The notes below the pieces were generated by a model that was not told the origin of the DNA, did no database searches, and was given only the letters and a program-made list of their open reading frames with translations. A DNA stretch of 64,000 nucleotides, taken from the NCBI GenBank assembly GCA_002633005.1, contig NMRA01000407.1, positions 347,162 to 411,161 of the forward strand, in the 5' to 3' direction. Position 1 is the stretch's first letter. Every line of letters begins with the position of its first letter. This document shows, piece after piece, positions 23,091 to 37,008 of the stretch. The position numbers and the translations under genes are program-made. The stretch is from Phoronis australis. Its lineage: Eukaryota > Animalia > Phoronida.

Positions 23091-26000
23091 ATTAGGTTTG
23101 TTGTAAGGCGACTTGATTGTAATATACAGTATTGTACTGTACAATATTGTAATCACCAATACTCTTCCCTTCTGAGTAAAAATGTTTGATTATATATCAC
23201 TAATCCGAAGATAGGTTGGTCCGAACATGTCAGAAGGGCCTTGCTTTTAAGGCTGTATGATAGTTTAGGTGTAAATTAGACGTCAAGTGATAGGCTACCC
23301 CCATTAAACAGGATCGAATTTCTTAAATAACACTTAAGCAGTAATAGTAGACCCACAAAACTATATGTTTTTGAAATCAATGATGACGGTCATAAAATCT
23401 TGTTATGTGCCCAATAGTGGCCATGTGCTTGTAATCTTGTGTCTTTTTTCATAAAAAATCTTGATTTTTTCACAGAGATCACTAATTTCAACGAACACAT
23501 TTTGCATAAAACTTGCAAATCGTGTTTCTATCGTTTTTAATAAGACCTTTCATTGATAGAATTCTGCTGTCAAAAATGAACAAGTCATTTCTTGAAAATA
23601 CAAAAGTCCTGATTTTTGATTCCTGAGCTTTTGAACTTAAAATGAAAATTCTAGACACGCTTTTGCAGCAAATAAAATAAAGAAGCAGAATTTGCAAGTT
23701 TCGTGTGAAAAATGTTTTTTTGAAATTACGGCCTCCGGAAAAAATCATGATTTAGTACTAGGAAAAAAACAATCATGATTACAAACATCTGGGCATTGCT
23801 TTTGCAAACACAATAACATTCTTGTTTGTCAATGATTTGAAAATTTATAGTTTCATGAGTCCAATATTATGAGTTGAAAAGCTAGTTAAGAACTTTCTTC
23901 CTACTCAGAAATAATTACTTTACTAGGATCTCATCAGCATTTAGTTAATGTCTTAATGAAGGAGTTCTAATGTGCTTTTCGTTTCTTCACAAATTTCTGG
24001 ATGATTCAAGAGAGACTGATCAAAGATTACTGGACAAATGTTTCTAGGTGTGTTTATGGTTGAAGTGCTCAATACTATTTGTGTTATTTTTGCCTAGTAT
24101 TTTTCACGTAGTATTTATGTCAACCCTTAATATACATTACAATCTTTTCATAAGCGCACAAATCAGCACCTGATAATTATGGCTCTTTATGTTCAATTAA
24201 TTTGTATCCCTTTACACAAATACTAGTGTGTGTGATTTGTGCATTTCTTCATTGACTATAGTGAAAAGATGAAAAAATTTTGAAAATCCATTTGCAGGTA
24301 AGGTTTTGCGAATAGCTTTCCAATTAGGTTGTCTTTGCTGTTGTTTTCCTCACTACCCTACTCTATCCTCACTCCTGAGAATGGGTACTAGGTTTTTTAA
24401 ACGATTTACATTGTCATTTATGTTGTCAAAAGAATTCATTTTTAAAATATTAAAGAAATTGTATTTTTAGATTGCAAATCAATCATTTTGAGTCTCGCAC
24501 AGACTTTATTCTTATTTGCCTGAGGGGAAACAAACTTAACTGTTTATTCTAATTTGGCTTTGTAGTGTTAATGGTGATTGGTGTGTATGTCCATGGTGAA
24601 ATGTTGATGTTTTGATCAGGAACACTGGAACAGCACTGATTTGGTTTGTCAGAACTACGGTAAACTCTCACCAATTCTAGACAAAAATAGTTTCCAAACT
24701 TGCCCTTTTTTCAAATTTCAAAGACTTCTATCATTGTTGCAAATACCTATATATTGTCAAAATATTGTCAAAATATTGTCTTGTGGTAGCTGTGGTACAG
24801 AATATGAACATGGAAATGCATTGATTTAATGCTACATACCTTTAATGAAAAATGAACATGGAAATGCATTGATTTAATGCTACATACCTTTAATGAAAAA
24901 TGAAAATCTCCCTTATCTGCCATATTGTGTCCTAAATTGGTAAAATTTTACGGTAGGAGATATTTGGTTTAATGCCAAGTTCTTAGTTAAACTGTAAGTT
25001 ACCCTAGATTAACTTTCCCTAGAACATCTTTCCCTAGAACACCTTTCCCAAGAACAACTCTCCCTAGAACAACTAGCCCCCGTTCTGCCTCGAGAGCGTT
25101 TTTCGTAACACCTTACGCCATGCGACAAATATGTTGCAAAACTGATTAGACACTCCTGTGTGTAACTGAGCAAGGGCGTAAGGTGGTAATTACTTCGGCT
25201 TTGTGTGCAGGTTAGCATCCACATTATGACTTGCAATGCATTACCCTACCTCAATTAGGTGGGGAAAGTTGTCACACATCTGTCAAGTTTACACAGCACA
25301 AAAAACAACCTCACTACTACTCTTAAGAGTGGATGGCACTTTAGATGGAACAACTTGAATCATTTAATAAACAATTGACCTTCTTGTGGGACATGATCAA
25401 ATTTCAGCTTCCCCCCTCTCCCTTGGTATTGCCAAAGCAAGCTATCACAAATGGAAATTTTGGTTCCCTTTTGGAGAGATCCAAGATGTGCCAGTGCACA
25501 TGTGGGCCAGGTCACAGTCTAAAATTTTCCCACTTTTTGCTTGTGGTTGCCAGGAAAAGAGTTGTCAGCAGAAAATCCTGATGTTGGAAATCTCCATTAG
25601 CACAGCCACTCCCACTACTGAATTGGACATATACCTCCAAGGCCCACTCTTAATCAATTTGGACTGCTGTATATCATTTCTGACTTAAGTGAGACATTTC
25701 TGTTTTGGTTCGATTTGACTGGAGTGGAACATGTTTGTGGTTTTCATTATAACTGAGGTGGGAAGCTTATATATTTGAAACTTGGTATTTATTGTAGATA
25801 TACTTGTAAGAGTATCACCGCTGCATGTGGTTGACTTCATTCAGGGCACTGTTTATGAATAGTCGAAAGCAGTAGAGCTTTGTATCATGTATAAGGGCTC
25901 ATTGTTGAACTTCAAAAACTAATACTGGCCTTTGACATTTGAGTCATTGATGAGGATATATTTAGAAATCACTAGCAGTTGAAGAATGTTTACATCACCG

Positions 26001-26532
26001 ATGTTGTTTGTTTTGAAATCGCATCTGTTATTTTTGCCGTGACTAGAATGCAATAAAACGTTTTGAGGCTATACACCGTAGTTGTGGTTTCTGCACTAGG
26101 TGAAGTCTGCTAACAAAGTATGCCTAGCATTGCCATGGATAACTATGTGGTTGTCGCCTGGGCCCGCTCACTCAACAATTTGCGTCACACGTCGTGCTTC
26201 CGTCGTCGTACCCCGAACAAGGATGTTTATATTGTCTATGTTTTGCCACTATTTTCAAGGAAAATGATATCTTTTTCATATTCAAAGGGAAAATGTTTTA
26301 TACTTCTGTGGCGTTACAGTGGCTTGTGCATATTCTAATTAGAAGGACATTTCAGTGATCTGTTCGATGCCAGGGTTCCCTGTTTGAGCTGATCTTTTAC
26401 CTCTTTTTGGCTAGGTTTCAACAGAATTATACCACTTCAAGGGTCAATAGGCGCTACTTCGCATTTCCCAAATGGCAATTATATGAATGCTTCATAGTGG
26501 TTGGGATTACAGTAGGCACTACTACAGAACCT

Positions 26533-26862
26533 TCACTTACCACAGTACCCACACTTACCACAGTACCCACACTTACCACTGTACTCACACTTACCACAGT
26601 ACTCACACTTACCACAGTACCCACACTTACCACAGTACCCACACTAACCACAGTACCCACACTTACCACAGCACCCACACTTACCACAGTACCCACATTT
26701 ACCACAGTACTCACACTTACCACAATACCCACACTTACCACAGTACACACACTTACCACAGTACCCACACTTTCCACTGTACTCACACTTACCACAGTAC
26801 CCACACTTACCACAGTTCCCACACTTACCACAGTACACACACTTACCACAGTACCCACACTT
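26533..26862. repeat. 18-bp minisatellite, about 18 copies
   Basis: Unit CACACTTACCACAGTACC. Confidence 0.95.
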
Positions 26863-28373
26863 TCATTACGGTAGGCACTACTACATTACCTACACTTTCA
26901 TTACAGGCTTTCTTGGGAATTATGATAGAGATGGGTGCATGTCAGTGAAAACCGATGCTTGTTCTTAACAACAATCTTTCTCGACCATTTTAGGCACTGC
27001 AGATTATTTTACATAATTGTGCTTTTTCATTTTTGAACGGACCAACTAACGCCGACGAATGCAAATGATGTTGCTTTCAGACGTGTAACCGGCTGCCTGT
27101 GCAACTCAACAACGGAGTGCCTTGGCTCTTGTACACCACCTTAGGGGACTGATGTTAATAATCCGGGGAATATTATGACTTTTGATTCTTTATGTGTCTT
27201 TTCGAGGACCGTATCACTATCTAAAAAACATACCACTTTCCGGAATTAGTAGGGACCAATTAAGTAACTATGTTAACTTCGAGTCAAAACTTTCTGCATG
27301 ACAGAACATAATCCCTTTGCAAAGACTTTATGATCAATCAGCTAAATGTAGAGGTCGCGTGCATAAATATTCAGTTCACAAAATAATCTTTGCGGCAGTA
27401 CTTGAAGTCTAAACAGACGTCATGGTGTCAAAAATGAGTGAGCTTAAATGTTTTGTAACTCACTGAAGGTTTTCGGTACTTCTGGGCGTGCTGTTGGAAA
27501 ACGACGGAATATTTTCTAGCCGCCATTTCGAATCCCCAAATCTGTCGTGACTAAAACTAGTAGTGATTTGAAAAATGCAGTCGATGAATCGTGACGCTAC
27601 CCGACACCTCTCCTTCACCCCCTCGTAAGCGCCGATTCGGGCTCAAAGTTGTGGCAGGCCTCTCGCTTGACCACTGAAGAATACGGAAGAGTAAGTGCAG
27701 GCAAGGTCACTCAACTCCCTGTAGTGCACCGCCTATAGACCATGTGCGCCGTAGCGCTGAAAAAAGTGGCGGCTATAGCCCCCCAGCCCCGCCCTTAGTG
27801 CGCCGCCCAGACATATGTAAAAATGTGTCCTTTTCCAAGATCACTTACCCGCGACAAAACGTTTACTCGTTCTTGTAGACCAATGTTTTGTATTTCTGAA
27901 TATTTTGGTGAATGAACATTGAAACTAGTCCTTTTACACACATATTCATTGGTTGATGTATCTTCCGTTCGACGATCAGTCGGGCAGCTACACAGGCTTG
28001 CATTGAATTTGTTCTGTTGTCATAGCAATTAAGTTACGCGTAGAATAGACTGTCGGGGTGGAGACCTGTGACGCTAGTACAGGAACACATTTTGAACGAT
28101 TCATTATTCATTCTAAGAATGGTAACGGTGTGTTTACAACAATTTGCAGCTCAGCACTGGCTATCAGTGATAGCCAGTGCTGTAGTGGGGCGTTGGCGCA
28201 CGTAGGCGCAGCAAACCACCTTTTGGCTTTTGGACATATCGCCTACGCACCGTCAGTGCTGAAGGTGATATGGTGGGCTTTGGGCGCCTACTTACCTATA
28301 ATTCTACCACTACAGCACCGCTGATAGCGTTGTTGTGAAACGAATAAAAATAAGAATAAAAAAAAATATGCCG

Positions 28374-28471
28374 CACCTCCGACGGGACTCGAACCCGCAA
28401 TCCCCGGCTTACGCCTGTGTTCGCCTATCGACATTAGGAGGCCGATGCCTTATCCATTAGGCCACGGAGGC
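28374..28471 (-). tRNA. tRNA-Arg (anticodon CCT) with a 25-nt intron at canonical position 37/38
   Basis: Reverse complement GCCTCCG TG GCCT AATGGATA AGGC A TCGGC CT CCT A [ATGTCGATAGGCGAACACAGGCGTA] A GCCGG GGATT GCGGG TTCGAGT CCCGT CGGAGGT G folds into a full cloverleaf. A Pol III T-run follows (A-run at about 28358-28366 on +). Confidence 0.93.
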
Positions 28472-28748
28472 TCGCATAACTTCCGAGATAAAAATAAGAT
28501 ATTTAGCCGTATGTGGCACCGTTCATTTCAAAGCGGGAAAACAACTTCAACAATTTGCACCGTTTATATGTCATTTTGACTTTTTCGATTACTTCTAATA
28601 AAAAGATAACAGAAACATACCATTGGCATACTGCTCTAGCTTTCTGTGGACCAGTCCACGCGATATACTATTTAAACAGAAACTGTTGTAGCTGTGACCC
28701 ACCGAACGTGGTTCAGTCCATTGTTTTCTGAAAGGTGCGATTCAGAAA

Positions 28749-31700
28749 ATGGGACGCAGCAGATCGAGAAGCCGTTCACCTCGGCGAGGTAAATTATAAT
28801 TTGTGTAATTATATTTGGCATCTTTGGCTTCAAAATATTCTCTCAAACTCTTAGATATCGGTGTAGATCTGTTGTAGCTCGAATTTCTATCATTTGATTG
28901 TACAAAGACTTCAATTCAGCTCAACGAGAGTACACAACATACGCCCGGCCACCAGTTCAGTTCAGAACTTTCATTTCCACTTAGATAGGCAATTACATCG
29001 CAACGAATGCCGCAGCCAGCCAGCCGAGGGGCTACTTGTTGCCTGGCCAATGACCACCGTCTCTGCTGGCGCCAGCAGAGACGATGGTCATTGTCTACGT
29101 GTTGCTTACCATTCACTGAGAACACGCTCACGGTCACAATAGGGCCGTCCCGGATTACACGGTGATAGAACGCTCCTCTGTCCTGAAGATAAGAAAGCGC
29201 GTGACCTAGTTTGGGAAATCTGGCACATTTTCCTGTCTCTCATTCATGTCGGGAAGGCAAAGACTTTCAGGTCGTTCGTCCACAGGTATTTATTCAGTTT
29301 ATTAAACATTTTCATGTTGGAGTTGCAGCCCACAGCACAGCAGTAACACTCCGATGGCATTGGAAAGACGAATAGAGTAATGCAACCAACAAAAACTTGT
29401 AAAGAATCAGACAACAACAAATAATATGTGAAACTCCAGTGGCTCAAACGAAGCAGCAAATGTGCCTGACGAATGCTTACGGCATTGTGGGTGAATACTG
29501 CGAGATTTGAGTGTCGCTGTGTAATCCGGGACGGCCCTATTGCCCGGTACATTAAGCACTGACTTGCTTTTGAAATCTGAGGTCTGTAGCCATCTAAAAA
29601 TTGGAGACTTAAAAATTGGAGACTTAAAACTGTTTGATCACTTTTAAGGACTGTTTCTCAGATAAAGTGTTTCTCATTCATAAAAACAGTAATACCGGAA
29701 TTTTCTATAGATAAGCCCACCTGATGAAACGCCCATGGGCATTTAGTCAGAAAATTATGCCGAATAATCGCCCTTGGGCGTTTACTTGATGTTGCAACTT
29801 CTGCTGTCAAGTGTCCAGATAGTGAAGCGTTTATTCGTAAAATTTCCTCTTATAAATCCCCTCAGCGTCATCACAAATTCTATTTTGTGGAGTATTTATC
29901 ATTTATAAAAACAAACAAATTGTTGGCAAACTATGCATTTATTAACATAAACTTTAAAAACAGTTTTAAGTAAAAAATGTCAAAGTCGGGGAACGGGGTA
30001 AACCTTAATCTAGGCCCACGTGCTGGCACGTGCGTAGCCAAACTATGACTTTCCGTTTACACACCTCCCCCCTTTCCTGAATAAATGACTGAGTGTTTAA
30101 TTCGAGTTATTAAAATGTATGAAAATTTTAATTTTCCAAATACATGCCCATGGGCTTGTCTATGGAAAATCCTGGTAAATATAGACGGTAAAGATTATCA
30201 CCGTCACACCTGGCGTAGACACGTAACCTGTCTGTAAATAAGTATTTGCATGCACTTGGCAGTAATACTGTCTATGATAAGTATTCTTTGTGTTCCGGTG
30301 TTTGTCCTATCTAGTATCCTTTTAATGCCAACCAGCGTGGTGTATACAAGCCCAAGGCTATGTTTGCCCTACTGTCTATGTTCGCTCTACACTTCCAGTG
30401 AATGAGGTGCAGTTGACCTTCATTCCATGGTTTGTTGTTCATTTTATTTTCTTCGTCTCTCTCAACTGTATGGGATTCAAGGAAACAGTCCAGAAATCAT
30501 AGCACAAGCTCAGTGATTCTGTACTATGTTAGAAAAATGAGGTGAAACTGATGGTTCAGCATCATAAAATAAGACGAGGTGACATGACCAAAACTGAAAG
30601 AGATGATAGAATTTCTGAAGCACAGCCTCAGACAAACACTATGGAAAATTATTTTGTGTCACTAAAAGTTAGGCCTTGTGATTAATAGTTCTTGACATAG
30701 GTCCATGGGTGAACATTTGACGGGTGGGCTTATTTTCAGAAAATACCAGGTGCTTCTGATTTCAATTGATGTTGTTCAAATGGAAAGTCTGTTAAAGCCA
30801 ATAACAACTTACTGAACTCTCAATGGTTCAGTGAGTTGTATGGTTGTCATTGCTAACTCTTGTTTGCTATCTCTCCAGATCGTGGTCGAAGATCTCGTTC
30901 AAGAGAGAGAAGAGACAAAGACAAAGACAGAAGGAGAGGTGAGTGTAAACCTCAGGGATGTCTTACTTGAAAAGTAGGAATTATTTTTGTGGAAATTCTG
31001 ACTTCATTCTGATTTTTAAATGAAATTCTGGGTACGATATTCATGAAAGATATCATGCCACCGTTTACCAGTTAATTTCATAACTCAAGCACTTTGAGGT
31101 TTAAAACTTAACCACGCTCATCTAGCCGGCAACTCGAGTCACAGGCTTTGCCTGTGTCATTTTCCAATTCGCCTATTTAGGGTTGGCTAACCACAATATA
31201 GGATTTTTTCAAGTCACTCATGATTTCCATGCTCTTGTTGATAACAGAAATAGAATTGTGAGACTAACTTTATGAACGTTAAAGGCCTAATGTGATTTTT
31301 GTTATGTTATTGAACCAAGTTAACATGCAGCTTTGAGCATTTAGCACTGCCATAGTGGATTATTATTGGGAATCTGTGATGTAGATGATGAATGGATGTG
31401 ATGTTACAGTTAGTGATGTAGTACAGAAAGACCCACTTAGTCATACCAGATAATAGAATATCCAAGTTATTGTTATGAAATGTCAAAAAACTAATCCTTT
31501 CTCACTAAAGTCCATGTTAATAACCTGCACAGTGTTGTCATCATATTCCCAGATATTGTCATTAAAAAAGCAGCAAAATTGCTGCTCATCTGCTTTGCTT
31601 GATTGGAACTTGAGCGTGGGGGGGTCCATCATTCTGTACATTTTCACAGCCTGATAAAGTGCACTGACATGCCCATTTATTGTAGAAATAAAATATTTAT

Positions 31701-34700
31701 GTATTACTATGTATTATTATCTTTATCACCTTCATCATCTTTACTATCATAGTTAAATCGTGTTTATTTTGAATTGTAGACCGTGAGCACCACAGAAGTA
31801 GGAGTCGATCAAGGTCACCCAGGCGAAGTAGAAGATCACATTCTCATGAAAGGTAGTAGAGGGTATTGAACCAGGGACGTAGAGCTTTTGGTTTTTTTCG
31901 ACGAAATTGTCAAATCAAGACCCAAAAACAGTTGTTTTATGACCAGTTTTGTATCTCAACATCAGCTTATATATTAAGTATAATGTCTTAAAGTGGGCTG
32001 TAGGAAGTAGTGGCTTGATCTGTTGTCATTTGTATGATTGAGTATGGATATTGGTGTTATGTTTGAGTTGAGGTATGATTGAGTATGGATATTGTTGTTA
32101 TGTTTGAGTTCAGGTCTTAAAAGTTCAGTTCTCTTTTGTTTTTATCATCGTGAATGGCTGAAATGTGTAGATTAACGTAGCTAAAAGTGTTTCATGTTAA
32201 GTCTGCAGTAGGCGTCAAATATAATGGAACAAAATGACGTAGGATGTCTGGTCCTTACAGCAGAGCGCAAACAGAATTCAGCAACACAGTAGCTAGTGGT
32301 AAGAATGACTGTCATGACATGGAAATGGAGTTTGTTTGATTACTTTTGCCATGTGCTGTAGATAAATCCACAGTTTATATCTATACAGTTGCTTGCACAT
32401 GGAGGCAGTTACATTCTTGAATTGTCTTCAATGTAGTGTTGAATGTTCATCTGTGTTCTTGAATCACAATGTTTCATCGACTGTCTTTCAGTGAAGACCC
32501 AGGCTCCAAAAAGCATCAGATGAAGACAAAGCCACAAATAACAGGTGAGATGCTGGCAAGGGGAATTGTTGTCTTTTCTGTTATCACGTGTCTTGACTGT
32601 GCATTGTATGAACATGTGCCTGTTCAGGGCATTGATGGGCAAAATGCTGGCAAAGACTGAGTGAAACGATTGTGTAGCGAATTGTGATGTGTCATAAATT
32701 GTGAGACTAAAGGTGTATCTTGTGTCCCAGTCTTGACACAGAGGTCATTCTGCGCATATAACATCTGAAATAAGTCGTGGATGCGTTGACTTTTTTGAAC
32801 ATAGTTAAAGCTGACAAAGAGTGCTAAAAGTTCATGTTTCAATTTTTATCGAAACTGTTGAGTCTGTCCAGAGTCTAGAAAAATCGTCCAGATTTGTCAA
32901 ACTTTGAAACTTGATATTTCAGAAATGGGAATGCATATGATACGTTCAGATAATGTGCTTTATGTACTGTTCTCAAGGCTTTTAGGAACTGTTTCTTAAG
33001 TGTTGTCCAAACACACAGACGTACCTTAGAACAGGTTACTCGTGGAATGAGTTGATGCTAGGTTTGAGGACTATGTGGACGCTGTTTAAACTAGTGCAAC
33101 TTTGTGACAACTTACTCCACCTTATCGAGGTACCTTATTCTAGGGTAACTTGCGCCTTTTCTAATTCCTGTGTGGCCGCAAACCTGGGGCAAAGGGGATT
33201 ATCAGCTGCGATTACATACAGACGGGATGTATTTGGCACACCGTATTCGCGTTAGGTGTTCATTGTTGTACCTTACCCTTGTTATCGGATATGTGTGTGT
33301 GGATGCTCCACTTAAAAGTGGGGTAAGTTGCAGTGGTGCAAGTTGTTCCAGGGTAGGCTGTGTGTGGACAGGATTTAAAATGTTCCACTTTTACACGAGG
33401 GGCTGTTAAAAATAGGACTTTTGGGATATTCATGAAAAAGAAGTGATTAAATTTATGAAACATTTTTTTTTTTGAGATTTAACCTTGAATATTTGTTTCA
33501 AATGAAATCTGGTCGTGTTATTGAGTTGCTATGAAGGTATCGTGGTTTCTTGCTAATTATTACTAAACATACATGCTCGTGTTACCCAATTGACCTATCG
33601 CAAGCTCTGCCTCCTTGCGGAAAGTGATACCCGACAAACAAACAAGATGTCAGAGGCAAATACGATGTTCCTGGTGGAATTGATGAGTGGTTTTTGCACT
33701 TTCCGAAAACGCTTTGACAATGACAACAGGCAGTACTGTTCAACTGAGAATCGTACGTTCATGACTTGGGAATTTGTAAAGCTGTGGCGATGAAAAAATA
33801 AGTGTTCGAGGAAAAGTATTTCGGAGCGAGTGAAAATCCGGAGACCCCACATGGGGTTCACCTTCACCTGACGAATGACAAGGCCACTGATGCAATTTGT
33901 TCATTTAAAGCTGGATATTTACCTTAAAGTCGAATTATCTGTATGATGTCATAGATTTCAGGATATTTCGAACAAAATCAGTGAAGATTCGCCGATATTT
34001 TTATTCTGCCGTCTGCTAAATTCCGCCAAGTGAAAAGTAGGTCACAACTTCAAGTAAAGTAGGTTGAATCGGTGGTACTGTGTATACTTTTCTAATGTTC
34101 GAGCAAAATATTTTGATTAAAAGTCAGGTTCATAGCTCAGGCACATACTCATCTTATCCTCGGCAAGCAGTTAGCTCCGGTAGGTCTAGGGCTGTGTCCA
34201 AAAGTCAAATTAACGCATGAAATTGGCCGTAATTCAGTGCACCATGAAGACAAAAACCTTCTGATGAACTTCACATTTTTTGAAGTTTCATTGCATAAAC
34301 TTAGGTAGTTTGCATTTAGTTTTAAACGTAGTATGATCACTAAGGTATGGTATGGTAACAAAAGATGACAGGTCTGGTGTAGTGGCAAAAAGTGGCCATT
34401 TACAAAAATAACTAAAATTGTTTTTAAAGCTTCATAAATCCAAGTATCGTGTTTGAACATCTACAGAATGAGCTCTCCTTAACTCTACAAGCGTAGTGTA
34501 TACTAAAGGTTCTCATCAAAAAGTAATTCAACTGTTTATTTTTTTGTGACAACAGTTCCAACGAGGCTTTGAGTTCACTAACAATCTTGTGCCCTGCCAG
34601 CATGTGCTGATCGAATCCATCAATTTTGGTGAGAAGTTCAGTTGAACGTCAGCCTAGGGGTATATGAATAACAAAAATGTACCTGTGCTACGAAACAACG

Positions 34701-36790
34701 ATGTCCATTATAGGTCGAAATAAATGAAAAATAATTAAAATGTCCTTAAAAACAACTTTCCGGGAACTACTGCTAGACTAGTGCTGGGATCCAGCAGATG
34801 CCGAGACAAAGGCCCCCACTCGAATGAATCTCCGGAGTCAAAATCAGATAGCCTCCAAACTGAAAAGTACGTATCTTGGAACAATTATATTAATTTTGTT
34901 TTAATTTTTAACCCTCGAGTAATCCAGCAACATTGTTTTAAGTTGTTTAGCTGCTTGTGTGGCCATCCACACAGTTTGATCCCAGCATTGTTTACACAGT
35001 TGACAACACTTTTCGGCTTAGTTAATGCCCAAAAAATGACAGCATATTCTTCTCGAGCTGTATAACGGCTGTCAGAACTACACACTCCATATCTGACAAC
35101 ACCATTTCACCATTCTTGTCGCATAATTTTGTGAGGCTATAGACTAAAATAAGCTTTACCGACAACGACATTGTTTGTTGGGTAAAATGGTGGCTTGGAA
35201 ACGCAGACAGAGGTGTGTCGAGAATGCTGCATTCTGATTGGTTAGTTAAGCCGTCAGTCATAATCCTGGTGATAGGTCAATTAATGGGGTGCATTACAGG
35301 TGAAACACATGATCGCTGTTTTTACATGCTAGTATCTTGTGCACCCTGGTCTCTGCATGTAGGCTTGTGTATATGTCTTCTCAGTGGTGTTACGGTAAAG
35401 TTCTATTGTTGTTGCCGTTGAACAGTATGCTATCATCTTTGAGTAATTGAGGGCAGCTGTGCAAGTAGTTGACAAAGGCTGTGAGTTTGAAGATACTTTC
35501 CACTTAATTTCAGAAATGTCATCAACCCAATTTTAATCCAAACACATAATTTTTTAAACAAAGCTACTTTGAAGCTATATTTAGTACAGCTTTGGCAGGC
35601 CAAGAAATTAGAATGACCAGCTTCAAAGAAAGGTAAAGAAGAATGAAGCAATTTAGTAAACCAAAAACAACACCTATAAGCATCATTCTGACTCCTGAAT
35701 AACCTTTGACTGAAAACGAGAAGTGTTCGTTTTTACAAAAATTCAATGAAAGTAATAGAGACTCGCCTTTGTAATAAATGGGATGTCCCTGGGTAATAGC
35801 CATATGTTCAACCTCTCGAATGTCCGTGAATGAAAGAAAATGAATTTCATCCATATCAACTCGTCCTGTCTTTCGCATTAGATTGAAATCGGGTCAAGCC
35901 AAAGACACTTTGTGCTCGCGTAACACTTAAGAGCTATATGCTGAGTGTTTGCTGTTGTACTCATTTGTACTGTGTAAAACAATGCCTTAGTGCGTTTGTG
36001 GATTTTGTATTTTGTTTAATTGGTTTTGTGAACTTACAGAAGCTGATCTGGAAGGGAAATCAGAAGAAGAAATAGAGATGATGAAAGTGATGGGTTTCTG
36101 TGGCTTTGATACCACGAAGGTAACTTTCACTTTACATTATTGGGGAGAAAAATAATTTCCTGAGATCTTGCTTGTCTCAGAATCGAGCTGGAATCCACAT
36201 GGCGGAGCTAAAACCCAGTCACTTAATACCAAAGTATTTTAAGGGTATTTTATAAATAACTGGTTAAGTCACTGGCCTGGTAGGCTATGGTGAGGATTGG
36301 CGATTTGTAATAAAACCTCAAAAACAACATATTTTGTTGCTTGCGACTATATATTTATTATTTATTACAGTGACATGGATGTATTGTAGAATACAATTAA
36401 AAAAACAAATGAACTGTACATGCAACAAACCCCAGTCTCTTGGGCTTATAAGTCACCTGGAATACCAATTAACACGCAAATGGTTACACAGAATATAGGC
36501 AACTCCTGTGACAATCTAGTGACCTAATCAAAAACTTATATGTGAAACTTGTATGCGTTAGGAAAACTTTTTTTTGAAAAAATGGATATAGGCGCTTGGG
36601 GTTAACTCCATACGTTATCAAGTCGGAGACAATTTTACATGTTTTAGACGAGCACTGTCGTTATTTTTAGAATAAGAAGCAGGAAGGCAATGATAGCAAC
36701 TATGCGGCAAACATAATTCAGAAGAGACGTTACAGACAGTACATGAACAGACGGGGTGGATTTAACAGACCTTTGGATCACGTTGTGTAG
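28749..36790 (+). CDS. SNRNP27: U4/U6.U5 tri-snRNP 27 kDa protein; coding exons 28749-28788, 30879-30938, 31780-31852, 32492-32544, 36040-36119, 36671-36790
   Basis: RS-rich N-terminus [13 protein letters not shown], then [29 protein letters not shown] and C-terminal [23 protein letters not shown]. Phases are consistent. Confidence 0.95.
29141..29538 (-). mobile_element. MITE with THAP remnant (ISL2EU-like) in SNRNP27 intron 1
   Basis: Perfect 20-bp TIR AGGGCCGTCCCGGATTACAC / GTGTAATCCGGGACGGCCCT flanked by AT. Minus-strand remnant [15 protein letters not shown]...KVFAFP. Confidence 0.85.
29693..30178. mobile_element. MITE with TA-flanked TIRs
   Basis: TACCGGAATTTTCTATAGATAAGCCCA / TGGGCTTGTCTATGGAAAATCCTGGTA. 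Confidence 0.65.
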
Positions 36791-36892
36791 CAGGACATCT
36801 TGTGAGAAAAAATGCTGTGACAGCTTCAAGATTATCGCATACTGTGTTGTTATGTACTTGGGAGGATTTGCGACCAGTTGCTCTGTTGCATC

Positions 36893-37008
36893 ATGCCTGT
36901 CAGGTGTCAGTCCAGCGTGCCTGTCATGTGTCAGTCCAGCGTGCCTGTCATGTGTCAGTCCAGCGTGCTTGTCATGTGTCATTCCAGCGTGCCTGTCAGG
37001 TGTCAGTC
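36893..37008. repeat. 24-bp minisatellite in the SNRNP27 3' UTR
   Basis: Unit TGCCTGTCATGTGTCAGTCCAGCG, about 4.5 copies. Confidence 0.9.

Noticed and set aside
26407-26948. Mucin-like Thr-rich ORF (PTLTTV)n
   Set aside because: 18-bp minisatellite open in four frames; no signal peptide or linked exons seen.
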